From assembly GCA_049516875.1 (NCBI GenBank), contig JBEKSS010000002.1:128001-192000 (forward strand): 64,000 nucleotides of DNA. The letters run 5' to 3'. Every line of letters starts with the position of its first letter. Position 1 is the stretch's first letter. The notes under the pieces are model-generated. The model was not told where the DNA came from, ran no database searches, and saw only the letters and a list, made by a program, of their open reading frames with translations. The position numbers were made by a program, and so were the translations under genes. This stretch comes from Candidatus Bathyarchaeia archaeon (GTDB taxonomy: Archaea; Thermoproteota; Bathyarchaeia; Bathyarchaeales; Bathycorpusculaceae). Positions 49,642 to 59,077 of the stretch are shown here, piece by piece.

Positions 49642-50667
49642 TTGGAAACTGAGTCAATAATCGCAGTAAAGAACCTTACCAAAACATTCGGCGATTTCGT
49701 AGCTGTTGACAGCATCTCGTTCGATGTCAAGAAAGGCGAGGTTTTTGGTCTACTCGGTCCCAACGGAGCGGGCAAAAGCACAACCTTGAGAATGCTCTCC
49801 ACGTTAGCCAGGCCAACAAAGGGGACTGCCACGATTGGTGGTTACGACATAGTGAAGAATGGTACTGATGTGCGTAAACTGATAGGCATCGTTTCTGAAA
49901 AGATGATAATGTACAACCGGTTGACGGCCAGGGAGAACCTAATTTTCTTCGGAAATCTCTTCAACATCCCTAAAGACGTCTTAAAGAAGAGAATTGACGA
50001 TCTGCTGGAGCTGGTTCAACTTACCCAATGGAAGAACGCTCAAGTGGGTACATTTTCTAGTGGCATGCGACAGAGGATGAACGTGATACGAGCGCTGCTT
50101 AACATGCCCCAAGTGCTTTTTCTGGATGAGCCAACTCTAGGTTTGGATCCTCAGTCGTCTGTTGAGATCAGGGACTTTATAAAGAAACTCAATAGAGAAA
50201 ATAAGACCACAATTATCATAACGACGCATATGATGGTTGATGCTGATTTGCTATGCGACCGCATAGGCATTATGGACCATGCGAAGATTGTTGCGCTTGA
50301 TACATCAACGAATTTGAAAAAATTGATTTCTGGAGTGAACACAACAATAATGAAACTGGAGATTGGAAATTTATCACCCGATATTATTGAGGCAATCCGG
50401 GCGTGCAAGTGCACGGATGCCGTTTCTCAAGAGAATTCTACCCATTTGAGAATAATCGCCCACGGCGATGAGGCGTTCGACTCAGTAATTGACGCTGTGA
50501 GGGCGAAAGACGGAAAGGTAAATTCTATAGAGAATCTTCAGCCTACGCTTGAGGATGTGTTCTTGCACATCACTGGTCACCAGGTTAGAGATAGTGCAGA
50601 CCAGAAGATACCGATGGCGATGGGTCGTCGACGCTTCGGGGCGCCCCCGCAAGGAAGGGTAAGGTGA
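49642..50667 (+). CDS. ABC exporter ATP-binding subunit (DrrA-like)
   Basis: GPNGAGKST, FSSGMRQR, LDEPT, TTH, PTLEDVF; TTG start after AAGGTGA. Confidence 0.93.
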   Translation: METESIIAVKNLTKTFGDFVAVDSISFDVKKGEVFGLLGPNGAGKSTTLRMLSTLARPTKGTATIGGYDIVKNGTDVRKLIGIVSEKMIMYNRLTARENLIFFGNLFNIPKDVLKKRIDDLLELVQLTQWKNAQVGTFSSGMRQRMNVIRALLNMPQVLFLDEPTLGLDPQSSVEIRDFIKKLNRENKTTIIITTHMMVDADLLCDRIGIMDHAKIVALDTSTNLKKLISGVNTTIMKLEIGNLSPDIIEAIRACKCTDAVSQENSTHLRIIAHGDEAFDSVIDAVRAKDGKVNSIENLQPTLEDVFLHITGHQVRDSADQKIPMAMGRRRFGAPPQGRVR

Positions 50668-50673
50668 GGCAGT

Positions 50674-51852
50674 ATGGGCGCAAAAACTCTGCTTTCACAC
50701 AGTTTTAGGATTGCCTGGAAAGATCTGACAGAACTTTTCAGGAACCGATTAGGGCTTGTCTTACTTATCCTGATGCCACTGTTCATGATGGTCATGGTTG
50801 GCTTCATATACCCCTCTGGCAACAGCTCACCAACCAATCTGCCAGTTGCACTCGTGAACGAAGACACGAGCTATGGCAATTTTTCCACTGGTGCGAGCCA
50901 AAGTTTCATCACTTTTTTGCAGCAGATTAACGGCAATACAAGCATGATGGCTCTCACCAATGCATCAAGTGCTAACGACATCAAAAGCATGGTTCAGAAA
51001 GGCGATATCGAAGGAGGGATAATCATCCCAAGCAATTTCACTCAGAGCATTTCGACAGGCCAACAAGGTACTCTAATCATTATAACCGACCAGTCTAATC
51101 CTCAAGTATCGGCAACCATTCAGGTAGCTTTGTCGGCGGTATTTGATCAGATGGGAACAATGTTAGCTCTTCAGAGGCTAAACGCAAGTTCTCTAGCAAT
51201 CGTGAAGCCTTACAATGTTCAGACAGAAGGAGTTGTGTCCGGAACCCCCAGTTACTTCGACTTCATTGCGCCAGGAATAATGGCTATGACTGTTATGATG
51301 AGCGTCATGACAGGGCTCCCTGTGGCCATATCCCAAGAGAAGGAAATCGGCACTTTGGACGGAATGATGGTTGCACCAATCAACAGGCTGTCCATAATAC
51401 TCGGAAAAACCCTAGGTCAGACTGCAAGAGGCCTGCTGCAAGGAGTCATTATACTAGTGCTGGCTGCGGTTTTGTTCCACGTCGCAATTCAAGGAAGCAT
51501 CTTGCTTGTCTTCGCGCTGCTATTGCTAGGCGTGTTCAGCTTCGTCGGCCTCGGCATCGTAATAACGTCCTTCGCCAAAGACCAAGAGACAGCTCAGATG
51601 ATGATGATGACGCTGATGTTTCCCATGATGTTTCTCAGCGGAGTGTTCTTCCCGATACAGCAAATGCCCTGGTACATGCAGGACGTCTCAAAAGTGCTTC
51701 CCCTTACCTACGCATCGCAAGCCCTCAGGAAAGTCATGGTTCTAGGCGCAGGAATACCGGACATAACCACTGAGCTTACAATAATGATAGTGTTCGGAGT
51801 GATCATGACGGCAATAGCCGTGCCCGTTTTCAGAAGAATGATGACAAGGTAA
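50674..51852 (+). CDS. ABC-2 type permease
   Basis: N-terminal TM, extracellular loop, EKEIGTLD, FLSGVFFP, PLTY. Confidence 0.92.
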   Translation: MGAKTLLSHSFRIAWKDLTELFRNRLGLVLLILMPLFMMVMVGFIYPSGNSSPTNLPVALVNEDTSYGNFSTGASQSFITFLQQINGNTSMMALTNASSANDIKSMVQKGDIEGGIIIPSNFTQSISTGQQGTLIIITDQSNPQVSATIQVALSAVFDQMGTMLALQRLNASSLAIVKPYNVQTEGVVSGTPSYFDFIAPGIMAMTVMMSVMTGLPVAISQEKEIGTLDGMMVAPINRLSIILGKTLGQTARGLLQGVIILVLAAVLFHVAIQGSILLVFALLLLGVFSFVGLGIVITSFAKDQETAQMMMMTLMFPMMFLSGVFFPIQQMPWYMQDVSKVLPLTYASQALRKVMVLGAGIPDITTELTIMIVFGVIMTAIAVPVFRRMMTR

Positions 51853-52084
51853 AAAAGGCGGGGCATCAGTAGCGCGCGCGAGACGCTTTGAGTTCCCTTT
51901 TTTTGGTCCTTCACTGCATTCAAGCAAATTGGGTGTCACCGATTCTAAGAAACTAGATGTGCAATTGTATGATTATGTAACCCAGGCATAGAAGTTAGTT
52001 CCATAAGTATTTATTTAGAAAGAACGTGTAGAGCATGTGACGAGGAGAACAGGAAGTTACCTTAACGTGGAGGAGGTGAGGATA

Positions 52085-52333
52085 TTGGAGATTACAATAA
52101 ACACAAAGCAGGCGATTGCCATCGTATGGACTTTGATTGCCATCGTGGTGTCTCTGATTATTGCACTGGGAATGGGCTTTCCATATTCGACATACTTTGG
52201 GGGTACGTACTATTCCGGTGTGCCGTGGTGGATGATTATAGCGGTATTCTTCGGAGTCTTGCTGGTAATCACTCTTCCGGTTTATCTGCTCATTGCCGTT
52301 TGGAGCATAGCGTCTAGACACGAAAGTGAGTAG
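52085..52333 (+). CDS. small two-TM membrane protein
   Basis: TTG after strong GGAGGTGA SD; two hydrophobic helices. Confidence 0.7.
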   Translation: MEITINTKQAIAIVWTLIAIVVSLIIALGMGFPYSTYFGGTYYSGVPWWMIIAVFFGVLLVITLPVYLLIAVWSIASRHESE

Positions 52334-52605
52334 CCAAACGGGCATGGTCGAGGCATTGGTGATAGATCGACATGCTTAGAGGCTGAGCGGCGAGCAACTG
52401 CGCCGAACGCAATTCCAATGCTCGTTTAAAACGGTCGTTTAACGGTGGCCTCTGTTTTTCATTTTTCGTAGTTTTACAAGCATTGCTTTGCCAGCGAGTT
52501 TCGTTTTCCTCTCATCTTTTACGTGGGATAGAATGAGAAAAGCGCACGCTTAAAAATATCTTGTCACGCCCTATGGTTTCTGCTCTGGATTATGGATATG
52601 CTTTG

Positions 52606-53943
52606 CTAGATGTGGGGGTGCACGATAATGGCATACCGGCGGGGAACTCTCTTTTTTCTGCGTATTGTTAGGAAACCTAGGATCAGAAGCAAGATTGAGC
52701 CTGCTATTATTCCTATTATGAATATGAAGATGAGGAATACTATGTTGAGAAATGGAAATTGCTGCGGCACTGTCTTCAAGATGGTTACTGTTCCATCCAC
52801 AAATATGTTGTTATCCACATTTGTTTCTCCCTTAACTGCGTCAGCTACTGCCTTGATCACGTAACTTCCAAGAGGGACACCTGTTGTATTCCACTCGAGA
52901 AACATTTGTTGTTCTGCTGAAGGGGGAAGTTCTGTAACAAGTTTCTTATCAATCACCGTATCATCGTAATAGAGCGTCACGTTGAACGATTCGGCTTCTT
53001 CACCATTGTTTCTCACCACTACCATGATTTGAACTGTCTCACCGCTTTGCACAACCGTTTTGGAAGATATGACCGCAACTACAGCAACATCTATGGTGAT
53101 AACTCTTTTTTCAACGATTTCGAACGTTGTGGAGATTGCTGGGCTGTATAGGACGCCGCCATTTTCGGGCAACTTGTCGTATATCGCTGCGGTAACATTC
53201 GCGTTTCCAAGTGCTGCTGTATCCGGTATATGTGAAGAAGCATTTACATAGTTCTCACCTGGCTGAAAAGACAGATTCTCCATTTCTATGTGGATTATCG
53301 GGTATCCCGCTGCATCTTTCACGTCGATCGTTATCGCTCCCGTCTTTTCAACCATCGCTATGCTTTCCACGGTTACCGCAAAGTTAACGATATCCTGCCT
53401 GAAGAACGTGTTCTGAGGCACCAGCTCGGAATTCAAAGTTGTTATGTTAGTGATTCTGAGTATCCATCCAACTTGGAAGGTCAGCGTATCCGTAGCCACC
53501 TCTTGTGCAATGTCGACGGTAGCCACTGCAAACCATTCATCGAAGACTATCTCTTCTGCATGTTCACTATACCAAGGCACCCTGAAGGAAAATGTTGCCA
53601 TTCCGCTTTCGTTGCTTGACGATGAGCCTGTAAAAGTTATGTTGCTGAATGCGTTTGCTGGCCCTCTGACCTGAAAGGCCACTAACTTGTTTGCCACGGG
53701 CGCGCCGTTGTAGGTCACATTCCCGTATAGAATGACAAGCTCCTGCGGTTGAAAGGCATCGCTTGGCTGGTTTGGTCCCCTTCCGTCGAATGGCGCTTTT
53801 TGCGTGAACAAATCCAAAACCTTGCCAGACCCCGTGCTCGCAGCAACAGTTCTCGTGCATAAGGTTGTTGAGCTAGCTAAGAAGACCAGAAGCATAAGAA
53901 TTACTAGACATGCTCTTTCTCCTTTCTTGCAGTTTTCCGGCAT
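52606..53943 (-). CDS. secreted membrane-anchored protein with Ig-like and CARDB domains
   Basis: Signal peptide, DVAV...V.N.G...ESFNVTLY...WNT...GETNVDNN CARDB motif, C-terminal TM plus basic tail. Confidence 0.85.
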   Translation of the reverse strand: MPENCKKGERACLVILMLLVFLASSTTLCTRTVAASTGSGKVLDLFTQKAPFDGRGPNQPSDAFQPQELVILYGNVTYNGAPVANKLVAFQVRGPANAFSNITFTGSSSSNESGMATFSFRVPWYSEHAEEIVFDEWFAVATVDIAQEVATDTLTFQVGWILRITNITTLNSELVPQNTFFRQDIVNFAVTVESIAMVEKTGAITIDVKDAAGYPIIHIEMENLSFQPGENYVNASSHIPDTAALGNANVTAAIYDKLPENGGVLYSPAISTTFEIVEKRVITIDVAVVAVISSKTVVQSGETVQIMVVVRNNGEEAESFNVTLYYDDTVIDKKLVTELPPSAEQQMFLEWNTTGVPLGSYVIKAVADAVKGETNVDNNIFVDGTVTILKTVPQQFPFLNIVFLIFIFIIGIIAGSILLLILGFLTIRRKKRVPRRYAIIVHPHI

Positions 53944-54385
53944 GTTTTTTCCTCACGGCAAGACAAGGTTCAACTTTATGCTTTACTCGTTGATGTTTAG
54001 CGGCTTACTATCATTCTTGAATGTAGCCAGCTTTCTCCTTATCCCCTTGAATAAACGACAATTCCGACTATTTAGGCGGTATGGAGGTTTCTTCTATATT
54101 CTTGTTAGCGATATGTTGTACTACAAGAAACACGCTGCTGTCGAAAACGAAGAAACAAATGCTTTAATTAAACAATGTCTTACTAACTGCTTGGTAAGTG
54201 GACACTTCAACCAAGAATCCTTACCTGCCTAACAATGAGGGAAGTAGATATCTTCACATTGAAGCCTTGAAGGCGCAGAAAAACGATTTCCTCCTTTTTT
54301 TGGGGACCTTCTCGAAAAATAGAAGGATATTCCAGAATCCTTAAATTAATCAAAAAACAATAAAACTCTGAAGGGTATCACTTAT

Positions 54386-55393
54386 ATGCGTTTGCCAAAC
54401 CCATTGGTTATTGTTCTCTTTTTAACATCACTATTATCTCTGAGCCTGTCAAGTTGCGTGGCGTTCGCAGCTCCTATCCTGCAAATCAAGATAACCGTGG
54501 GTCGCTCCTCCAGCACTCTTGGCTTCCTCGGGAACCAGGTTTACAGTGTTGGGGAAGGGATAAGTGTTTGTGCAAACATTACGTTGGACGGAAGCTCAGC
54601 GGCCAATCTGGCGGCAATCGAGCTAGATTCTCCCTACGGCAACCCTTACCTCATTAGGACGATCAAGACCGGAAACGTTTCAAGAATGTATTTCCGCGTG
54701 CAATTCGTGGACCTGTATACGTGCGATCAGCTTGGAAATCCCATGACCCTTTTCAACCCTGGCAGCACTGTCTACGTCAACATTACAATAAAAAACATAG
54801 ATGTAGTCCAGCACAACGTAAGAGTTGGGTTGTATGCACAGTGCTCTGATAACACGCCAACGTACGCGTATTACCCCGAAGGATTCACCATAATCCCTGG
54901 AGTACCACAACCATTTCTCGTGCAATTTACATTACCGGGCAATGCTCCATCAGGTCAGGCTATGGTTTTCGCTAGCCTATTCACCGATTATCCCGCGAAC
55001 CTCGGGTACCCGTACTGTCCGGAACAAGCCGCGAACTTTTCAATCCGAGCATCGACACCTGCAATGCCTCAGCAGCCCGACTACAACAACATGACGTTCA
55101 GCCTGCCGAGGAAAAATGTGAAGCTCGGAAACTATACCGTTCACGCGGTCACAAACTTCAACGCGGTCCAAACGGCAACCGACATTAAACAGTTCACGGT
55201 CATATTGCTGGGCGACATCAACAAAGACTACGTCATAAACATGAAAGACATTGCAATGTGCGTCCAGTTCTTCAACACCACGCCAAATTCTCCAAACTGG
55301 AACCCGGACGCAGACGTCAACAAAGACGGTGTCGTCAACATGAAAGACATAGCCTTGCTCGTATCCTTCTTCCAAAACAACGCAATCCCATGA
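54386..55393 (+). CDS. secreted protein with C-terminal dockerin-like domain
   Basis: Signal peptide; duplicated Ca-binding repeats GDINKDYVINMKDI / ADVNKDGVVNMKDI. Confidence 0.88.
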   Translation: MRLPNPLVIVLFLTSLLSLSLSSCVAFAAPILQIKITVGRSSSTLGFLGNQVYSVGEGISVCANITLDGSSAANLAAIELDSPYGNPYLIRTIKTGNVSRMYFRVQFVDLYTCDQLGNPMTLFNPGSTVYVNITIKNIDVVQHNVRVGLYAQCSDNTPTYAYYPEGFTIIPGVPQPFLVQFTLPGNAPSGQAMVFASLFTDYPANLGYPYCPEQAANFSIRASTPAMPQQPDYNNMTFSLPRKNVKLGNYTVHAVTNFNAVQTATDIKQFTVILLGDINKDYVINMKDIAMCVQFFNTTPNSPNWNPDADVNKDGVVNMKDIALLVSFFQNNAIP

Positions 55394-55778
55394 CAGTGCA
55401 CGTTGTTAAACCCAACAGTTCTATTTTCGTGTTAGAACAGTTTCCGTTGACCAGTTTTCGTTTCAACCTTTTGATTCGGATCATGCTTGATTAAACGCAT
55501 TTTGATACCGTAGTGTTGAAAAACCCGAAATTTCTTAAACGTCGGCGCGCGAAGTTTTCGACCTGTTGTATCTTCGAATATTACGGTTCTTTACTGGTGT
55601 TGTGGGAACTGTTTTCATCTTTGGCCTATTTTTCTTCATCCTATCGAAATTTGACTTTTTTGTGTGTTTCGTTTTGGACGACGACGCTACGACTGGAATC
55701 GTTCCAACATACTTGAACTGGAATAGTGCTTCACAACACATAAATGAAACGTTGGAGTTACAGGAGTTGGGATTGAGG

Positions 55779-55988
55779 TTGGACCTAGATGAAATTGAGA
55801 GTTTCCGCAGTTCGTTGAAGAGTTGCCCAGAGTGCAGTTCGACTGAAGGTTTCTGGCTTGTTGCAAAAAGTGATAAAACCTATTTTCAGTGCAAGCATTG
55901 TGCAGCCATTTTGGAAGTCTGTGAGATACTTCAGCACTCGAAGGCTTCCAAGGATTCCAAGAGATTCCTTGGAAAACTGAGGACATAA
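55779..55988 (+). CDS. small zinc-ribbon protein
   Basis: CPEC...CKHC; start uncertain (TTG 55773/55779 versus ORF-track 55566). Confidence 0.6.
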   Translation: MDLDEIESFRSSLKSCPECSSTEGFWLVAKSDKTYFQCKHCAAILEVCEILQHSKASKDSKRFLGKLRT

Positions 55989-56405
55989 CTGCATCGTATG
56001 AGCTAGCCAATCATCACAAAGTATCAGGGAACCCATTACCAATATCTCATTCAGAACTAATGCAAGCGCGCGGGTTCTGATCTTGGGGCTAGTGGGTTAT
56101 CTCGTTCCGAAGGGTATGATGGCTAGGCCAAGGTCTTTCGAAGTCTGTGTGCTTGTTGTGAATCTGAGTAAGACAGATGTCGCTTGGATGGTTATCATAA
56201 ACGATGAAGAAGAATGGGGCGGTTGTAACGGAAGCCTTCTCCTCTTCTCTCGCCTTCGCCAAGACAGTAGTGTACACTAACTTTATAAAACGTTGTTGCC
56301 TTGGTCGGTATATATCGCTTTTCATTGTATACGCCTTTTCAATTCTATTTCAGCTGTTGTAATCATGCTTTTAAGCCTCCGAACGAAAGTCACTAATGAC
56401 CAAAG

Positions 56406-56525
56406 ATGTTTGAGGAAATCTTCTCTGGCGCTGTACGAACGCTTTTGACAATTCTATGGAGTGTACTGGCTTTGGTCGCGGTTAGCGGTGCGATTTGGGC
56501 ACATTACGGCAAGAAGATGAGATGA
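56406..56525 (+). CDS. putative 39-aa single-TM protein
   Basis: MFEEIFSGAVRTLLTILWSVLALVAVSGAIWAHYGKKMR: one TM followed by a basic tail. Confidence 0.4.
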   Translation: MFEEIFSGAVRTLLTILWSVLALVAVSGAIWAHYGKKMR

Positions 56526-56802
56526 CAGCCAGGGCTCAGAAACAATGGGAAAATGACACGAAGCGGCAGAAGCACATCAGAAACGCACATTCGTTTTGGA
56601 TGGAGATTCTTATGCTTTTGCTTCTTTCCTCATTGAGGATTGTTACGTCCTGATGGGTTGGGCAAAAAGTAGCTTGGTCATAGTGAAATGTTGAGAATGC
56701 AACGCCCAAGCTGTATTTCGAATCTTTATTCGGGTATCGCAAGGTTTACTTTTGTTGGGCACCACCGTTTATGCAATCTGCTGGAACATCGTGTGGTAAC
56801 AA

Positions 56803-57183
56803 TTGTCTTTCCAAGAATGGCTTTACCGAAAGGCTGAGCAGAACGCTCACAGCGAAATCCTAGCCTTTTTAATGATGATTCTGGGCATGAATCTTTTAAT
56901 GGGAGGCCTCATCCTGACCGTCATCACAGCTGGCGGGCCAAACCTGCTTTTCTACGTTACACAACAACCCCTAACTCAGTCTGCGGTTCTAGGGCTTGTC
57001 CTGACCATAACGGGCTTCTTGATCCTTTCAGCCAGTTTCGTGCTCGTTGTTCACTATGACAGGCAAAGGTCTTGGCATCTGAAAGAAATAGAAAAATCTA
57101 CTAGGCTCAGAAACAAGAAAGTTACCATCAAGACAGCAGATGAACTCCTTAAGGAATTGGCTGACGAAAACAGAGAGAAATAA
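56803..57183 (+). CDS. two-TM hypothetical membrane protein
   Basis: 126-aa ORF, two TM helices, charged tail. Confidence 0.75.
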   Translation: MSFQEWLYRKAEQNAHSEILAFLMMILGMNLLMGGLILTVITAGGPNLLFYVTQQPLTQSAVLGLVLTITGFLILSASFVLVVHYDRQRSWHLKEIEKSTRLRNKKVTIKTADELLKELADENREK

Positions 57184-57236
57184 CCAACAAGAAAGAGAAA
57201 CACATAAATTCAGTTTTCCCATTCTAAAAACTCGGC

Positions 57237-57450
57237 CGGGCGGTAGCTCAGCTTGGTAGAGCTTCCGAGCCAGCACAAAGTAAGATTGGCTGACGGAGAT
57301 GCTGTAGATGCCTACCCATGGTGGGCATCACCCAGCCTACCAGGCTAACATGCAGAAACCGGAGTGTCGCAGGAGGGTTGGAGTTTGTCCTTCAGCCCGG
57401 CGAATTCAAAATGAAGGTTTCGCTTCATGAAAGTCCTGCCCGCCCGACCA
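57237..57450 (+). tRNA. tRNA-Tyr(GUA) with four introns: 57268-57300 (30/31), 57308-57357 (37/38), 57374-57404 (53/54), 57411-57433 (59/60); CCA encoded
   Basis: Spliced 77 nt: CGGGCGG TA GCTC AGCTTGGTA GAGC T TCCGG CTGTAGA CCGGA GTGTC GCAGG TTCAAAT CCTGC CCGCCCG A CCA; C1-G72 and A73 are archaeal Tyr identity elements. Confidence 0.9.
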
Positions 57451-57521
57451 TCAACTGTAATGCACGCAGAACATGGCAAGCGCGCGGATCAAGTCAGCGC
57501 ATGATTTGCAAGAGAGGCGGT

Positions 57522-58523
57522 TCAGACGTGTCTTGCTTTACGTTTGATTGCTACAAAGGCAAGAATCGCTGTAAGAACTGCCAGGTGGTAAGGTGCTAGC
57601 AGATCTACTTTTGCATTTCCTTTCATTGAGATTGAGAAGCCTCCCACAGGAACAGAGAACGTCACCTGAAAAGTTATAGTGTCCCATGCAGTTACTCCAG
57701 CAATGTCAACAGTCGAAATACCACTCCACGTTCCAACGGTGGCTGCATCGGTGGGTATTATGAAACTTGTCGTCGCCAAGCCATTTTGATTCGTTGTGGT
57801 CGTTCTTACAACGATAATTTCGCCAACTGGGTTTTCAACCTGAAAAGCCACGAGTTTTTTCTGCACTGGATTACCGTTGTATGTCACATTGGAAATCAAG
57901 TCTACTTCTTCTCCAACCGTGAAGCTTCCACCTGGCTGACCTGGGCCTTTTCCACCTCTTTGCGTGTAGACGTCTAATAGTCCCTCTGAAGGAGGGTCAG
58001 GTTCCATCGATTTCCAGAAGTAGACGGCGCCAACACTATCGTGAGCGATAGGAACGAGTCCTGAATCCAAGAGCAACGTCTGCCCAAGTTCTAGGGGACT
58101 ATCCAGACGCGAGCTTGAACCATTTACTACTTCAAAGGTTATTAGTGCCAGCGATCCGTTCCCGCTCACTGGGTTCACTGAGCTAGAAAGTGAACAGTTG
58201 ACTTCGACTAGACCTAGAGATGTGTTGTTGTCAAACTTGAAGCACGACTTCGGTGGGGTTGCAAAGAATGATCCTTGAGAAACTTGGGCAACATTCAGAA
58301 GAGAAGCGTCGTAGGCGACAGTGAACTGATAACTCCGCAAGTTTTCGACGTTGTTCACGTCGATTGCAATATTGAAAAGCTCTCCTTCCTTTTGTGCAAC
58401 GTACATTGATGGAGTTATGAAAAGACATGTTCTGGAGCCTATCGCATTAGACTTAGGGACAATTGCCAGAAATAGCGCACTAGTGCACAAAAGTAACGCA
58501 ACTGAGTTGGAAATAGCCCTCAA
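57522..58523 (-). CDS. cohesin-domain surface protein with C-terminal PVGG motif and TM anchor
   Basis: Signal peptide, F.IAIDV.NV.NL..YQF.V.YD..LL...G.F, GNGSLA.ITF cohesin pattern; PVGG then TM and basic tail. Confidence 0.85.
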   Translation of the reverse strand: MRAISNSVALLLCTSALFLAIVPKSNAIGSRTCLFITPSMYVAQKEGELFNIAIDVNNVENLRSYQFTVAYDASLLNVAQVSQGSFFATPPKSCFKFDNNTSLGLVEVNCSLSSSVNPVSGNGSLALITFEVVNGSSSRLDSPLELGQTLLLDSGLVPIAHDSVGAVYFWKSMEPDPPSEGLLDVYTQRGGKGPGQPGGSFTVGEEVDLISNVTYNGNPVQKKLVAFQVENPVGEIIVVRTTTTNQNGLATTSFIIPTDAATVGTWSGISTVDIAGVTAWDTITFQVTFSVPVGGFSISMKGNAKVDLLAPYHLAVLTAILAFVAIKRKARHV

Positions 58524-59077
58524 GTCTTCTCCCTCGTCTGCATCAATATACTAAGGGGTTTACCCAATAATAATCCTTGTGGAGAAATCTTCCAGAACAT
58601 ACCCGCTGAGCCAGCAGCATGATTGACATCTTTTCTGTCGTTCCTCTGATATCCTTCTGTTTGAACCCAGAGCTTCGTTGACAAGTCTTTGCTACGTTAA
58701 ACATTAATCTCAACCTATCATTTCAATGTCAATAATGTCGTGCCTTGACAAATAATGCTTTATTTCGCCTCAGTAATATGTCCAGGATTGTTCGTCTTGT
58801 CTAATTCGGAAATGAGTCTGGTCGAACAGCACAGTTAACAGGGTATCCCTGTCTCTTTTTGGAGAGGCGGCATGAAGCTTCGGATAAAGGTGATTCGCTC
58901 AATACTGAAGTACTTGATTACTGCCCAAGGCCTCAGCAAGCCTCTTGCCTCTCAGCACGGCCATAACCGTCTTTTATGAGCGCTATTCAATAATTCGGTT
59001 TTTGTTTGGTCAAATTTTATATTAATTCAGTTGCATTAATGCCTTTGAATGTGCGGATCGCAGGGTTGTGGTGGAAA

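Noticed and set aside
57318-57599. 93-aa ORF over the tRNA-Tyr locus
   Set aside because: The sequence is fully explained by tRNA exons/introns and the convergent cohesin gene
58620-58755. Several TTGACA/TGTCAA words in an intergenic region
   Set aside because: Irregular spacing; bacterial -35 logic does not apply to an archaeon
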